62,866 nucleotides of DNA, filler included, from Sphacelaria rigidula (GCA_964200075.2; 6 parts of 6 records of this genome joined end to end with filler, not necessarily neighbours in it); one strand, 5' to 3'. Shown: positions 38,294-52,104, counted from the whole stretch's first letter. Notes: generated from the sequence alone by a model not told the origin. A program made the numbers and translations.

Positions 38294-39591
38294 TATTCTG
38301 TGCCCTGTGTACATGTGTACATGGTCACGGGACAACCTGCTCGTGCGATTACGATCGTGGCACGTGGTACATAGCAATACTCCATTATTGGGTGGACAGA
38401 TTGTATCTACATGGTCGCTGTTTCCGCTTCGCTCGATATGCGAGTCACGAGACTGAGGTTCAAGGTTTGAGAAAATGTCGGTCCGACAGAACACGAGAAA
38501 AAGCCTCAACTCCACGGTTTCTATCTTGGAGGAAGCTCCGACAGTGCTGGTAACAAGATGCTGCGACAGAGGCGGGGTACGACAATGGCGGGAAAACATG
38601 ACGTCACGAAGCGTAGCTCGTCTCATCTGCTAGATGAACCTTCGAACAGCTCGGAAAATCTAGCTGGAGGGGCAGCATATTCTGTGAACATGATTTGTGT
38701 AACACACACATATATATATACACACACACACACTAGGGTTTCGGCGGGTTTCGCTGCCACGGTCGGTGGATCGAATCCCGGACACTTGAGCACCGGCGAT
38801 AGGCATGTGCTTCGCGTAATGACACATGGCATAGTTTGAAGGATAAACCATGACTGCTGACAAGCTGAGCACGTTGTGCGTGGCCTTGAACAAATCTGTT
38901 CAGGTTAATTAGAAACGACTGAGACGCGCGCACAGCACACGCACAGAGAGGGTCAACACGTCAAACTGATCAGAGAGCTTCCGACGACGAAATGACACCA
39001 AGATATTCGTACTCTAAGATCAAGTAAAGATATTCTCAATTAGCCCGGATGAGGAAAGAAAAATGTTTCTGCAATGACCCGGGTAAAAGTGTCAGACGTG
39101 ATGCCGATTCAATTTCAAAGTGAAAATAATACCGATCAAGAAATGTAAGAATCGTTGCGAATGACGTTGATATTTTTCGGGTGTTATTTTCTTAATTTCG
39201 TTTACTGTATCCCACCTGTTTTTGGGTAGTTGGCCTGTGATCGCGGAAGGCGTTCACACCAGATGCGTAGTACGGAGGAAGTAGAAGAATATGATGTGAA
39301 CGCGAGTTCGCCAACCAGTTCGCTTGGTTCTCTGGCGATGTTCTTGGGAAATCAATCACGCGCAGCCTTGACTCGCATGTGCGCCTGTTTTAAACATGAC
39401 AGCACTACTACCCAACTCGAATTAAAGCGGAGTGAAATACTTCGTACATGGCAATGTACATTTCTGTCGTTAAACCGACCGATCAGCCACTCGAATGATT
39501 CATAAATCCGGTCTGGTGAGGATGAGGACTACAGCAACCAAAGGCTGCAGCCGGAATTGAACTCCGAATCCTGATGAAATGGCTTTTATTC

Positions 39592-41070
39592 AACAGCCGA
39601 TCCTAATTTTTGGGGTTGAACACTAAAATGGGATTCGAGCGGCACAACGTTTTCGCAGGAATGGCGCGAAACAGTTACATCAACGGGAACCATCTCTCTC
39701 CCCCCCATATCTGCAGCAGCAGTTAAGCAGATGTGGCTCGGCGCACCGAACGAATGCGGTGTACACGCGTGTCGATGACGATACCACCGGAGGAGTAATG
39801 GCAGAGAGGAACCTCCTCGCCCGTGTCTCCTGTGTGTCCTCGCTCGAGAGACTGGCATCATGCATGTTAGTTACCAGGATGTAACAATGTTCCCATGTGC
39901 TGGTAGGCAGGTTATTGTTGCACAGCTCCTCAAAGTATATCGAGGTGCCGAGGGGTGTCGACTCTTCTTGTCTGTAGAGCCTGCCAATGCAAAGATCAAT
40001 TCCTCTCTGCCTCTCTAATTAGACAGGACGCGCCTCTGTGCGCTGCAGAGCACGTCGTTGAAGAAGAGGGCGATGTTCCTGTCACCGCAACCGCTCTCTG
40101 TGCACAGATGCCAGCAAGGACGGTACTGCGCCAATAACAGATCCAATTGGAACCTGGGGGGTGTTATTCATCGTTGATTTTACCCGACATGTCACCCTCT
40201 GGGTGCGCGACAAGAGCGTGCCACACGTCAGTTGGGGGGATTTATGGGAGATCAAACACTTGTGGAGACCTTCTTGTCATGCGCAGTGAAAAAAGAATCC
40301 TATGGTGGTGATCTAACTGTTGCTGGCGTGGTGCATGGGATGCCTCCATGCTGCGATCTGGAGCACCCACCCGCGGCGTGTGTGTCGCGGTGGCTTTCGA
40401 TAATTCCTATGTGAGGAGATCATTCATCACAAGCTGGGGCGAGATTGTTTTACGAGCAAAAAGAGTGCGTCATGACCAAAGAGTCATCCTACGATAGAGG
40501 GGGGGGGAGGGGGGGGTATTTGATTGCACGAAAAATGAGGGTCATAAGTGTGTCAGACGACCTGCCACACTCGCGGTGCGCTTGTATTCGGTTCAAAGCG
40601 GTGTCGATCGGTATGAACGAGTGCTACGTATCTGTAACAAGCTTATTCGAGCAACCGTTGCTGCTTTCAACGACGGTTTGATATGAAATTTCGTGCAAGA
40701 AATGGCCCAAAATACCCCCCCCCCCCTATCGTAGGATGACTCCAAACACTTGTTGCATTTGAGACCGACGCCATCAGCCGTCGACCGCAAAGGTTTCTTC
40801 TAGCTTTCAAGCGACGATGGCGGCAGTACGCTAGACAAACCCGGTCATAGCTAGCTTTCGTTACTCTACTATTTTGACTGCCGTCTGTACAGTTTCCGCA
40901 ACAACACCGAAATTGACAACGGTTGCGAAAGTTAAACAATTCCATTTTTTTTCCCAACTCATTCCCAGTCGTACGCCCAAAAAAAAAGCAAGTAACTGAC
41001 AAGATGCCAGAATACAAGAATCATACGCACCTGGTGTATCTTTCGACGGTTTAGCAGGGTTTAGTATTGT
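39592..41070 (-). mobile_element. Dispersed TIR-type element carrying a degraded ORF (copy B)
   Basis: Begins AACAGCCGATCC, is the inverted homologue of 10497-11624, and is interrupted by the MITE at 40481-40742. Confidence 0.6.
40481..40742. mobile_element. 262-bp MITE with GAG termini and a 4-bp TSD (Sola-like)
   Basis: TIRs GAGTCATCCTACGATAG...CTATCGTAGGATGACTC with CAAA on both sides (40477-40480, 40743-40746). It is absent from the homologous position of the host repeat copy near 10785. Confidence 0.85.
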
Positions 41071-41980
41071 ACTTTCAGTACAAATCAAGCGTCACTTTGC
41101 TTGTGGATTTCTCAGCCGTGTCTGTTCGAACCAGCCCGAAACTTGGCACAGAGGAGCGGCGGCACGTGTTACATGGTGCGCCAGACGCACGGAGTAAAAT
41201 ACGGATTTGGGGCAATGCCATCGATACGCCCTCGAAACGCAGTCCCCTCGGCCCAGAGTATGTGAGACGTCAGTGGATGCATATGTTGACACGCAGATAC
41301 GCTCACTTCCTGCTGGGTGGCTCCTGCCCCGGCAAACGAACACATCGATCCGTATTCGGTACACTCTGGGTGATGTCATTCTACGCGATACCCATATCGG
41401 TATCGCCTGTAGAGGTGCTAACTTCAGGAGACACGGCCGTGCAAGCGCCGTCAGTGCTTTCACGCGCTGAAACTTCGACCACGTGTCATGTAGACAACAG
41501 ACGACAACCTCATCTTGCCCAATCTGGGGTTGCGCGGTGTGTGCGTGCGTATTGGGGCGAGAAGATGTCGAATTCTGTTCCGATTTGTTCTTTTCTTCTT
41601 TTTGCGTAAGACTGTTCCACACAATCTGAAGGACTCTCAAAAGCAGCGGGAACGTGGCCGCTTTGGGTTCGGTCAACCGCGCGAAGATACTGTCGAACAG
41701 TAATACCAAACTATGCCGGGATTGGCATAAAGCAATCAGTTCAGAACCGAACTGAAATGGATAGGTTTACGTTCTAGATAGAAAACTATGCACATGAAAC
41801 GGTTTGCGGATAACAGCCAATCATCTATGTTGAGGATGGTGCTATTGATTGAGGATGAGAACCCGGAGGATTAAAATCTTNNNNNNNNNNNNNNNNNNNN
41901 NNNNNNNNNNNNNNNNNNNNNNNNTTAATTAATTAANNNNNNNNNNNNNNNNNNNNNNNNNNNNNNNNNNNNNNNNNNNN

Positions 41981-42316
41981 CTCGAAACCTTCTGACAGTT
42001 GGGTCGTGGGTTCAATTCTCGGAGCGATCTGGGATTTTTTCTCACACAGTGCCCAACAATGGAGAGCGACTCTGTCGTAGGTACACAAAATTCAACCTAA
42101 CGGTTGACGAAGAAAAGGGACCGCCAAAGCCCTCGCGCAATAAAAAATGAAGGCATGCACCGCAGAAGGAGGGTGGGGTCCTAAAAAAAAATGAAAAAGA
42201 ACAAGCTCCTGTGTTGATCTTCCTCCTGTGTGACCCCGGCTGGTGCGCCCAGATATACCGAAAGCTGTTGCCCGGCGCCCAGAATGGATGAGATGACAAC
42301 ACACACAACACAGCAC
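41981..42316 (+). mobile_element. tRNA-derived SINE (5' cut by contig start), in the intron of the CHI-fold gene
   Basis: B-box GGGTTCAATTC, body collinear with 55738-56097, and an ACAACACACAC tail. Confidence 0.75.
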
Positions 42317-43451
42317 AGTGGCAGTACAGACCTGTTCGTCACACACCGCCCTCCTTAAAATGCCGGTCGTATCACTGCGATAGTGCCAGGTCGGTAGTAA
42401 CAACCGGTCTTGCAAAAGCCAGCGGGACTCGGCATTCATTATCCAGTGATCACCGCGACCCAAAAGGCATTTTCCAGCCGGCAAAATTGCTCCCCGATCG
42501 CCACAAGAACAACTGACACACCAAAACTCCTCGGTTTTGAGCTGCTCACGTTGAGACGAACCTGGAGATATCTAAATGATCGTTCAATTCCGTATACTAG
42601 TGGAGAAATGGGAAGAAAATAGGTTTTTCCCAAATGGATTTGACATTTTCCTCATTCTCGACCGCGGGTAGGGGGGGGGGTGAGGGGGTGGCTCATGGAT
42701 TTCCCGATATGGGGCCCCTCGCCACTATTGTGTTGATTGGCAGCCCCGCTTTGGAGGATGTTTCCTGTAGACGTTAACAGGCGCTAGATGAACGTTGATG
42801 CTTGGCAAGAGTGAAGAAAACGAAATTTCGGGCAGTAGGCGTGCAGTATCATGCTATGGGTGAAGAAGAGTGCACTATTGGCGTCATCACCGCTGCTGTT
42901 TCGCTGTACTACCACGGCAATTTTCTACTGATCGTCTTAGTTTATACAAGATTAATCAGGACGCGTGGCACGGCCCGTCCTTGCAGGCATTCGTCTCTCA
43001 GGATAGTACCTTTGGACGCCTTTATACTGTCATGATAGTTTCCCCGCGATGTCCCAACTATGCGATTTAGAGTTCTACTCTACTAAGTCGTTTTTCGTAC
43101 CTTGGTGTCTCAAGCTGAGTGATCCCGCCACAGAATCAGGGAGGAAAGTCCGTAACTTACACAGTACTCGTAGTGCAGCACAGAAGTGTTTCACTTGTGT
43201 TTCAGTAGGAGGGTTGACCCTTTTAGCGCCAGGACCCCCAGTCTGATGCCCAACGGATGAGCCTGACTGGGGATTCGGAATAAATGTCGTTGGTGGGGGC
43301 GCTACAACTCCTCACCCATGTTTGTACAGTACAGTATATAAATCTGCCGTCACAAGCAGGGCGACAAGCTCCTGAGCCACACAGGCCACACAGGCCGCAC
43401 ACCCAAAAGTTCAACAAGTACATGTACACAAAATATGCTACGTATACATAC

Positions 43452-44023
43452 CTGTCCAGTGTTTCCTTGTTCACGCCTTTCAGTGCAGTCAAGGAGTCAA
43501 CCACCTTCGCCGCAGACACGCTGCGGGCGAACACCAAATGTAGGTACTTTTTGAACCCAGCGCCAAATGAGTTATGAACCCCCAGGGCATCGAAAACGGA
43601 ATCGTCCGTTCTCAGCTTTATGGGGTCATCGTCTCCGAATTTTTTCAGCGCGTGTTTTGCCGGTTTAGTCTCGACGTATAACCCCACGGCGTACACGTTG
43701 ACCTTGGCCACGGCTATGGATTTAGCGCGCACGCCTACGCCTAGACAGGTCATACCAGATTTCCAGAATTTTTTGTGTCGCGGCATTTTTATGCCGGTGG
43801 ATTTATCGGTCAGCTGCTTGGAGAGGACCACTTTTCCCTTGGGCCTTTGGTAGGCACCGTCCGTGGAAAGTCGCGCTCGGCAAGTATCAGCCATTTCTTT
43901 CAAGATGAAGAGGGAGTCGCAGTTCTTGCCATCCCTGCTCTGCTTGATTGAGTACATGAGCACGGCGAATAGGGCGAAGCCTATCGCACATATCACGCTG
44001 CCGACCTGCCTTGGGCGCACCAT
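43452..44023 (-). CDS. Chalcone-isomerase-fold (FAP-like) protein with an N-terminal transmembrane anchor, first exon (rest off-contig)
   Basis: 190 codons from ATG 44023, with a hydrophobic segment VICAIGFALFAVLMY and CHI-fold motifs TGIKMP, LGVGVRAKSIAVAKVNVYAVGLYV and LHLVFARSVSAAKV. The exon ends at donor AG|GTATGT (43451); the ORF beyond that point reads as intron. Confidence 0.85.
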
Positions 44024-44970
44024 TTTTTATCTCCGTGGACACGATTCAAACGCCGAGATGATGGCGGGTCTTCGTTGTTTCTCTGGGATGGCGGGAGGGG
44101 GGATGCAAAGCGGGTTTGCGGGGGAAGAAACACCTCGGTACGAATCGATCTCGCGGTTGGTGCCTAACGTCCACTATGTCGCTGCTGCTCGGGTACCTAC
44201 TACACGAATGTCATATTTGTTCCTAGACCACGGTGCTGTAAAGTGTAGCACATGATGATGCTTTCTCAGGGACGCCTCCCAGGACCAGCCGAAAAAGAGC
44301 CAGCGCTCAACTCGCGAGAAAAACGGCTGATATGCTTTTCGCCGAGCCCATACCTATTGCCCGTCCTGTTGGTTACAGTGTGATCTCACAACATATAATT
44401 CAACATTTACATAGCATTTTCTAGCTCCGCAACCCTCCTAGATGTTCCAATGTGCGTATACATGCAGAAGGAAAAGGAAGCTGAGGTTTGTTCTGCAACG
44501 TAGCCAACTGCAGAAAATAGGCGTGCGTACGGACAGATCCAAAAACTGCAACACTACGAGCATGAGTACTCGGTCTGTACCTGTCTTTGTTGTGGCCCAA
44601 CTTGACTGACCCTTGTTATTGCCTGCGACCAAGTCAGCCTACACATCATGCATTGTACGTGATAAAAAAAAGCGCTACTGTGATGAATAAGTCGACTCAC
44701 ATCTATCTCGCGGAAGCATGCGCTGATCTGATCGTTGCTACCACGCGACCCCGTAAACGTGAAAATTGCTTATATGTCAACATGCCTCCATCGCTCAGTC
44801 ATGCGCCAATAACTGGTTACTTTGTTACTTTTCATTATCGACGGCGGGTTTTAGTAACGACCAAAACCTGCTGTGGCCATAAAAAACAGAGATTTGAGTC
44901 TCCATGTTCGCTGTTACAGCAGTGCCTAGCGTAGTAGGTTGTTCCCTGCTGCCCACCACGTTCCGCAATC
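44024..44970. promoter_or_regulatory. Divergent intergenic region (947 bp, ATG to ATG), candidate bidirectional promoter
   Basis: It lies between the start codons of the head-to-head CHI-fold and TRIC genes, and I recognised no repeats in it. No specific motif was identified. Confidence 0.45.
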
Positions 44971-47900
44971 ATGGACACGGTCGTGGACTTTCTCACACAG
45001 AAATGGCCCTATGGGCCAGAGGTCTGCATTACGGCCTTCGCCATCTTCCACTCAGCTAGGGTGAGCGTTTGTTTCATGACTCCCTTGACCATGCGCGCAC
45101 TCCCTCTAACGAGCACGTGTGTTGATGTACAGTAGAACGAACAGTAGTACTGTATGTCTAGGGGTCATTGAAATTGAGGCACATGGTGGTGTTGAGTGCC
45201 CACGCGCCCGCATGTTGCGCGCGATCGAGAAATAGATAGATTCATCGCGTTATAGGAGTGCAGTCTGGCTTACGTTTCTGACTGTTCTCAGTTCTCTGTG
45301 AGGGCTTGTCCATCTTTATGTGCCTAAAGGGTTGTACGGTACTGTACCCTTGGTCCAAAACAACGTCCACACAGCCATGTTCCGATCGTGATCGTTCACC
45401 TCCTTACTTGATATCGGTAAGCGGATACATTACCCTCCACGTGTTCGAAGTGTTGAGCTCCTGTCCTCTATCAAGTGGGCGGAGACACTGAAGTTGTATC
45501 ATAGCTCTCAGTGAAGGCTTTGTTGTCTCTAGTTGGCGGGTTGAGTCACGGCGTTAATCCATAATCAATGCATACTCTCAGAAAGCGTTACAATACCGTC
45601 TTTACTCTGTGCTGTATGGACAGTGCGGAGTGTTGTCCCCTGGCTGACTTGAACCTTGTTCTTTTTACAGCTTGCCCCGAAAGTACGCTCCAAGTTCTCA
45701 TGTACTTCCAGAGGCGGGATAGCGTGTATCCTGTGTTTCATGTGAAGGATGTATGTAAATCAGCTATGGTATACTGTAATGAGTATGAGTAACGTGGCAG
45801 TGAAGAAGGCAGGATATGCATGCTGATTTCACCTACAAAACCAACCGGCTTATTGGCCCATTTTCAACGCCTTGCATTTTTTCCATCTGTGCTGTGTGCG
45901 CAAGGTGTATCACTACGACGTGAAGGATACGGTACATTTTTTTTTCTTTTTCATCTACAAAGTTAACCGGTTAATTGCCCTATTTCAACGCCTTGTACTT
46001 GTTTTTTTTTTTCCATGTGTGTTGTGCGTGCAAGGTGTATCACTGAAGCATATGGTACATGATTTTTTCTCATCACATTGGCACGACCGACATGACAGCT
46101 GTATAAACCGCCATGATTCTTCTTTCTTCTCGAACAGCGCCTTGATACTGCGCCTCCCCCTGCCCCTCCCCAACCCGGAAGACAACGGGCAGGGATACAC
46201 CAACCTGCGAGATTGCCATTAGGCACGAATAGGCATACCGACGAGTGACAGAAAACGTTGGTTTCGCATAGCAACAGGTGCCCCATTTCCAAACCATCGT
46301 TACCATCAAGTGATCAGTCATAGGTGGCCCAGCGAGTGTTGCTTCGGCCGTGTGCCTTGTCGGGCTTGAAAAACGAACACTTACCAATTAATTTACGAGT
46401 AGAATAACTTGCCGACTATTGCTGCTCCTCTTTTATTTCGGCTGTTTGAGTAGGTACATTCCAAACCTCATGATATGTACAACCATGAAGAAGATGGTTA
46501 AACGGTGTGGTAGGATTGGTTGGTTGTGGGGAGGTTTTGGTTGTTTTAAAGATTTTTGGACAAAGATGAGACAATAAATAGAGCAAAGCTAGCGCCCAAA
46601 AGCAGCGAGTTGATCAGTCATCCCGCCGCGTGGTGTTGCGGCGACCGATCAACGTGCTGCTTGAGGACACTTGTTTTGCTCTTCTCTGTTCTTTTCAGCC
46701 CGTCAAGATGGACCCTGAATCCTTTCCCTTTGACTGCAAGCCTCCCCTCGTGACAGGTTCTAAATGTGCGGGGGGGGGGGGTCGCTCTTGTGGGGCAGGG
46801 GTGCCTGTTCGTTTGGAAGTGACCGTTTTGTTGGTTGTGATTGGATTTAAAAAATCACTTTATTCCACTACAGATGGAACAATCTGCAGCGAAGTCGATT
46901 GTGACCATTTTAGGAACGACCACTTGACCACAGAAAACATGGGCAAGGTGCGTGACTTGAACTGCACTTGTAGTTTTTGCCGCCCGCCTGACCCCTCTTG
47001 TGTTGCCAGCACAGCTTCACAGTCTGTGGTTTTGTGGAACACTACGCAGGAACATCAGCAGCGAGCGGTACACTATGTTCAGTGGAGAGCGATGACACGC
47101 TGACTTTTCCTTGCCGTTTTACCGAGCCACCGATGAAGGGTGAAGTTCGCGTGTACGATAGCATAGCAGCTGCAGCAACAGCAACAGTACAGACAACGAA
47201 ACACGCTCGAGGTGTGCCAGCCCTGTCCTGGCTCTGGAACAGAACGTTGGCAAGCTGACTGTTTCATACCGTTGTATTGAGCCGCTGGTGAAAAAAGCAC
47301 GCATGCCTATACGGTAAAGTACAAACAGTACAGACTTGGTACAGGCCGCAGAAAAGGAAATGCAGTTCAGACGACGTGACATGCGTGCAGGATCAAAGCA
47401 CGCTCAAGGTGTGCCAGCGCCGTGCCCCGCAAGTGTACCAGAACTGCTGCGAGGACGTAAATAGGAGGAGAGGAGGCAGTTTGTTTGGATATGTCGCAGC
47501 AGAGGCGGCTGCTAGCGTGCGCCACTTGAAAACCGTAAAAATATGTACCCCACGAAAACTGAAAAGTGCTCAGCGCAGACACACATACTGACTACGCATG
47601 CACACCCACTTGGGGTGTGGCTCAAGCACGGTCAGGACTTATTCGGGGCTGTTTTTTATATTTATACCCAACACCCACATACGCAGTCAATGGGTCATAC
47701 CATTGACGACCCACTACCGCAAATATTAATTTCAGTTGGATTTGCCATGAGGAAACCTGACCGGCCTCTGTACCGTCAAGCAGCGACAATACAAAATACC
47801 TTTTCCTCGCCTCTGCCTTTCCTCATTTGCTTACCTGGAAACCAATCTCGTTTTGTCTCCGCAGCGAGAACAGATCACGTCGGATACTCGTTTGCAATTG

Positions 47901-50900
47901 CGTGTGGAACAAAGTGGCAGCGGTCACCTCGACGCCGGAGAAATTACTTTTTTTTTGTTGTATGTGGTGCCGTTTTTTGCACTTCGACATCCATGGCAAT
48001 GGCAAGCATATGCTGAAACACTTGACTTGAGTTTTACGCGACATCTGATGGACCAAAATTAGACTTTCGTCGCTGTCGTCACACCATGCTGTGCCTACTC
48101 ATCGCCTTCATGTGATCATACCCGTTGTTTCCTCTGCTGGGGATGCACACCAACTCACCCATGAACTACGGTTGTGTTCGGGCAGGTGAGGAAAATCGAG
48201 AAGACCGGAGGCAAGGAGCTGTTCTGGGCGGAGTCGTTGATCCTCACGTTCTTCATGGCATTCGGCGGCGGAATCCTAGCGCCTTTCCTCCTGGGCAAGC
48301 CTCCAGTCTTCTTCGTCAATGATCTTCTTGTTCCCTTGGTACGTACCGAATTCTTTGCCGAGCTGGGCGCGTGCACAGTTGTCTGTACTGGCTCACCAAA
48401 TCTCGTACCGTGTATTTCACCAGATGACCACATGGCAGTAGCTGGCCGACTCGCGTCAAAATGTGTAGAGGGGCTGCGGATCTGTCTCGACAACCAAACG
48501 GGTGTTTCGTCAGCAACGCGGTACAGATGAGCGGCGGTGCAGTAGCATGGAAGTGCGGTAAGGCAGTAGCCGCAGGGATGCGCCTCCAGACTGACAAGGT
48601 AATATCTAAACTGGATTTTCAGTAGGACAGGTGGTAGGCACATGTTATCTCGCTATGCTTGGAAAACATAGCGGGATGGCGACGAGATAGTCCACCTGTC
48701 ATCAGTCGCGTCGACATGAGCAATGGACATACGCAAGGAGTCGCGCGCCATCACTGGTCCACCATGTCGGGGTATACCGTACTCAGTTTCACGTTCAACA
48801 TATCTGTAATGGCGAGTCAACCGTTTTAGCGACCGCGGTCTGTTGCGGCTCCTGACGGTCTCATGGAGGATGGCGATAATGTAGACGAACAAGATCATGG
48901 CAAGACGGTCCAGTAGAGTTGACGCAAGCGCGGCGACGAGAATCCATGATTGAAAAATCACATACAAATTTTCGTGCTGTACACGACCATACTCGGATCT
49001 TGACAGTTTTCAGGATACCAAGCGCTCGCCTAGCGTGCGCATCACGCATTTTGTCTCAAATCGGTACCTGTGGCGCCGATTTGAGCTCTGCAATTGCACG
49101 TTTGGCAAGGGAAACTATGTATACTCTCCTTGCTCGAGGGTTGCCGGTATGCCTTTGGTTGGGGTTGAGTATAGCATGAGAGTTTGGCGAAAACAAAGTA
49201 TGCTAAGTCATGGCTCTTTGTGGCCGAGTTGGCGTGAAGCCGCCTCGAACGCTCGGGCGCTGAAACGATGTCGTGTTTTTTCTTGTTGTTGAACAATAGG
49301 ATCGCCGCAACCTTTCATAGACTAGTCATTGCCACTATCCAAAAAACTAGCGCGACTCAAAATCGCAGTACACTGGGGGAGGGACAAGAGGGGTTGATAC
49401 TGGAAGCAGAACATGGACAACTGGTGAGTGCTTCAAATTCATACTCCGTTGTACCCTATGAATGCTACTTTGGCACCGCCGTTATTCATCCCCAAGGAGG
49501 CGAGGCTGCTGTTGCCCCACTTCTTGAAAGCATGCCGTGGTGTAATCATGAACAGGTTGCGGTATGGGGATGAATGGCCACTATTCTTGAGGTTGCCCGT
49601 GTTTCAACGTGCACGTGTCTCAACAGGTCGCCGGAGCGTGGTTTGTAACGAACAGAGCGGAGGGCCCCGTGGTGGCATTTCTCAACACGCCCGTCATGAA
49701 GCACGTCGTGCTCATTCTGGCAGAGACCGCGCGAGCGAACACCCTTTGCGGAGTTGTAGTCACGGCCATGTCCGTGCTTCGGGTGAGTTGGGGTATCCGT
49801 GTCCATTCCCCGGTGATGGGTCAAGATATCTTGGCTTGCAGCTCGCCGGTTGTGGGCGTGGATTGTGTTCGAATGCTGTCGTTGTCGTCTTTGTTGTCGT
49901 CTTCGTTGTCGTCGAATTGAGCCGTGCGTGCAACGTTTTACGTGGCGCTGCAACGCTATCGCCCAACGATATCAGACGTACCCCGTACTTTATGCAGTAC
50001 AATGACGTCATCGGCAATACGACGCCAATCGAACAGCGACGCAGTCCTCTGTCATCAGGTGGATCTGCAGTTCATAGTAATACGCTTACATCGGGTTAAT
50101 TCGGGAAATTGTGAAAGATGTGGTGTGGGCACCTTGAAGCCGCTTTTGAGCTGGCCCAGCTCGTAGTCGATCATTGTGTAGACACGATACAGTCGCTCTC
50201 CACTGTTGGGCATGGTATGAGAAAAATATACTACATTGTGTGACTTCACCGAGATGCGGACTCAGGTGCCAACCGTCAAAAGATTTCCGCGGATGCCAAC
50301 TAAGCCACCGGGGCGGTCGGCTTCTGCACCTGCAATTTCAAACTTTGCTCAATTATGTTGACGCTTCTGGTATCCCTATATTGAACCCATGCCACAAGCG
50401 AATATCATGGTCGCGGACCCCTCAGTGTAGCTACACGAACACACCCGCGTCGTTTTGTAACACACGTTGGTACCAGTACATTGGGTTCCGAGACTCGACA
50501 CGCACCATCAGCTGTACGAGAAATGATAGTTTACACATTTGGAAAATCTGTTTGCACTATTATACCTTCAACGACAGGAACCCCACCCCCAACGCGTTGT
50601 TTTTAGTAGCATACGCGAGCGGAAGTTGGGAGGGCCAGAGACTACGAATCCTGCTACACCTCTAGGGGATATGCCTAAAGATGTCTGTATAGGCATCTAC
50701 GACATTCCGCCACGTGCGTCTGCTCATCCAACCAATCCTGTCCCCCATCACCATCCCCGTCGAACCCATATCTAGGCGAGCAAGTACTACCCCATCCCGC
50801 TGTGGGGGCCAGTCCTACTGGGCACCATTGCCGGCTGCGGGGGGCTCTTTTTGCCCCTTGACAAGGGACTCCAGGTGCGTCGCTTGTGTAGCTGCCTCTG

Positions 50901-51593
50901 ATGTCGCTGTTGATTCGTTCTCTTGATACAGTGATGCAAAAATATAGCCTGTCGGAGTTGTGTGGAAGAGAGACGAAAAATCGCGATCGATTTTCTTCAT
51001 GTAAAGTAGTAGGAAAGTGAACCACGAGGAGTTAGCGCCTGGCTCACGTTGCGTGCTGACCTCTGCTGAGGATCATGTTGCGTGTGCATGTTCCGCCCTG
51101 TAAATTCTGCAGGCCTCGCGATTTGTAGCGTCGCCATTTTATGCGGCGTCGTGTGACTGTTGAATTTTCACATCCACAGCTGTAGCGAGGCAGGCCAGCG
51201 ACAGTTTTTGTTTTTGCCTCCATTTTACCCTTGTAAACGTCGTGTGCCCAGAGAGTGAGCTCGCCGACACGTTTGCCATGTTGATTGTTCTTAACATCTC
51301 GTTAGACTGTGTGCTGAACCCCCCCCTCCCCCNNNNNNNNNNGGTTATGTTCTGCCTTGTCATTTTGTTTTTCTTCCCCTACATCCTCCCCCCCCCCCCC
51401 CCCCCTCCCCCTCCCCCTCCCCCTCCCCCGATCACAATGCCTCCTGCGCCTCCGCCGCTGTTGTTGCTGCTGTATTTTTTTGGTGTTTTGGGCACTTGTA
51501 GGGCATTAAAAACGGTGCTCCATGGCCGATGCAGTCTGCGTTCTACGGCTCCGTGTTCTTCCACCTCATTGTGCACGACCCCTACATCGGCCC
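44971..51593 (+). CDS. TRIC (trimeric intracellular cation channel / TMEM38) family protein, exons 1-5 (3' end off-contig)
   Basis: Exons: 44971-45060 (MDTVVDFLTQKWPYGPEVCITAFAIFHSAR), 48186-48338 (VRKIEK...TFFMAFGGGILAPFLLGKPPVFFVNDLLVPL), 49627-49782 (VAGAWFVTN...AETARANTLCGVVVTAMSVLR), 50776-50874 (ASKYYPIPLWGPVLLGTIAGCGGLFLPLDKGLQ) and 51502-51593 (GIKNGAPWPMQSAFYGSVFFHLIVHDPYIG). All introns are GT-AG and frame-consistent. The two glycine motifs of the TRIC internal repeat (FGGGIL, GCGGLF) are present. Confidence 0.88.
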
Positions 51594-52104
51594 GTGAGTA
51601 TCCGCCAGCGTGGTTCGCCTAGACTTGAGAGTGGAACGCTAGAAATTAATCACAAAACGCGATAGGTCACTCACCGCGTACACTGGTTTGCTTCTAGTAC
51701 AAGCTAGTCATGCCGGTGCTGTCAGAGGCTGAGTTGCATGCGTTGCGGTGTGCTTCCGTGCCTTCTGCGACACGCATAAACGCGCATTGTAAACACCCCC
51801 CCCCCCCCCACCCCGATGATGATGATGAAACCATATTTGACGATGAGAACATATTTGCATGGCCCAATGGACGCGGCGAAAAAATTGAAACTGCGATTTC
51901 GGGTGGGGGACCTGGACCTGCCAGAAAAAAAGGAGATTTCCCATTCGTCGAGAGGAGGAGGAAGTAGATGCACAGAATTGCCCCTGTGGCAATGCAATTG
52001 AGAGCAGAAGTCAAACAGTTGGAGAATGTGAACTAGGCGAGGAGGAACGGTACGTGCTAGAAAGGGAAATGCGGGACGTGAACGAAGGTGGCATGAAATC
52101 GTTT

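Noticed and set aside
43223-43451. C-terminal 76 aa of the 266-aa ORF
   Set aside because: This is read-through into the intron after the GTATGT donor, and CHI-fold similarity stops there.
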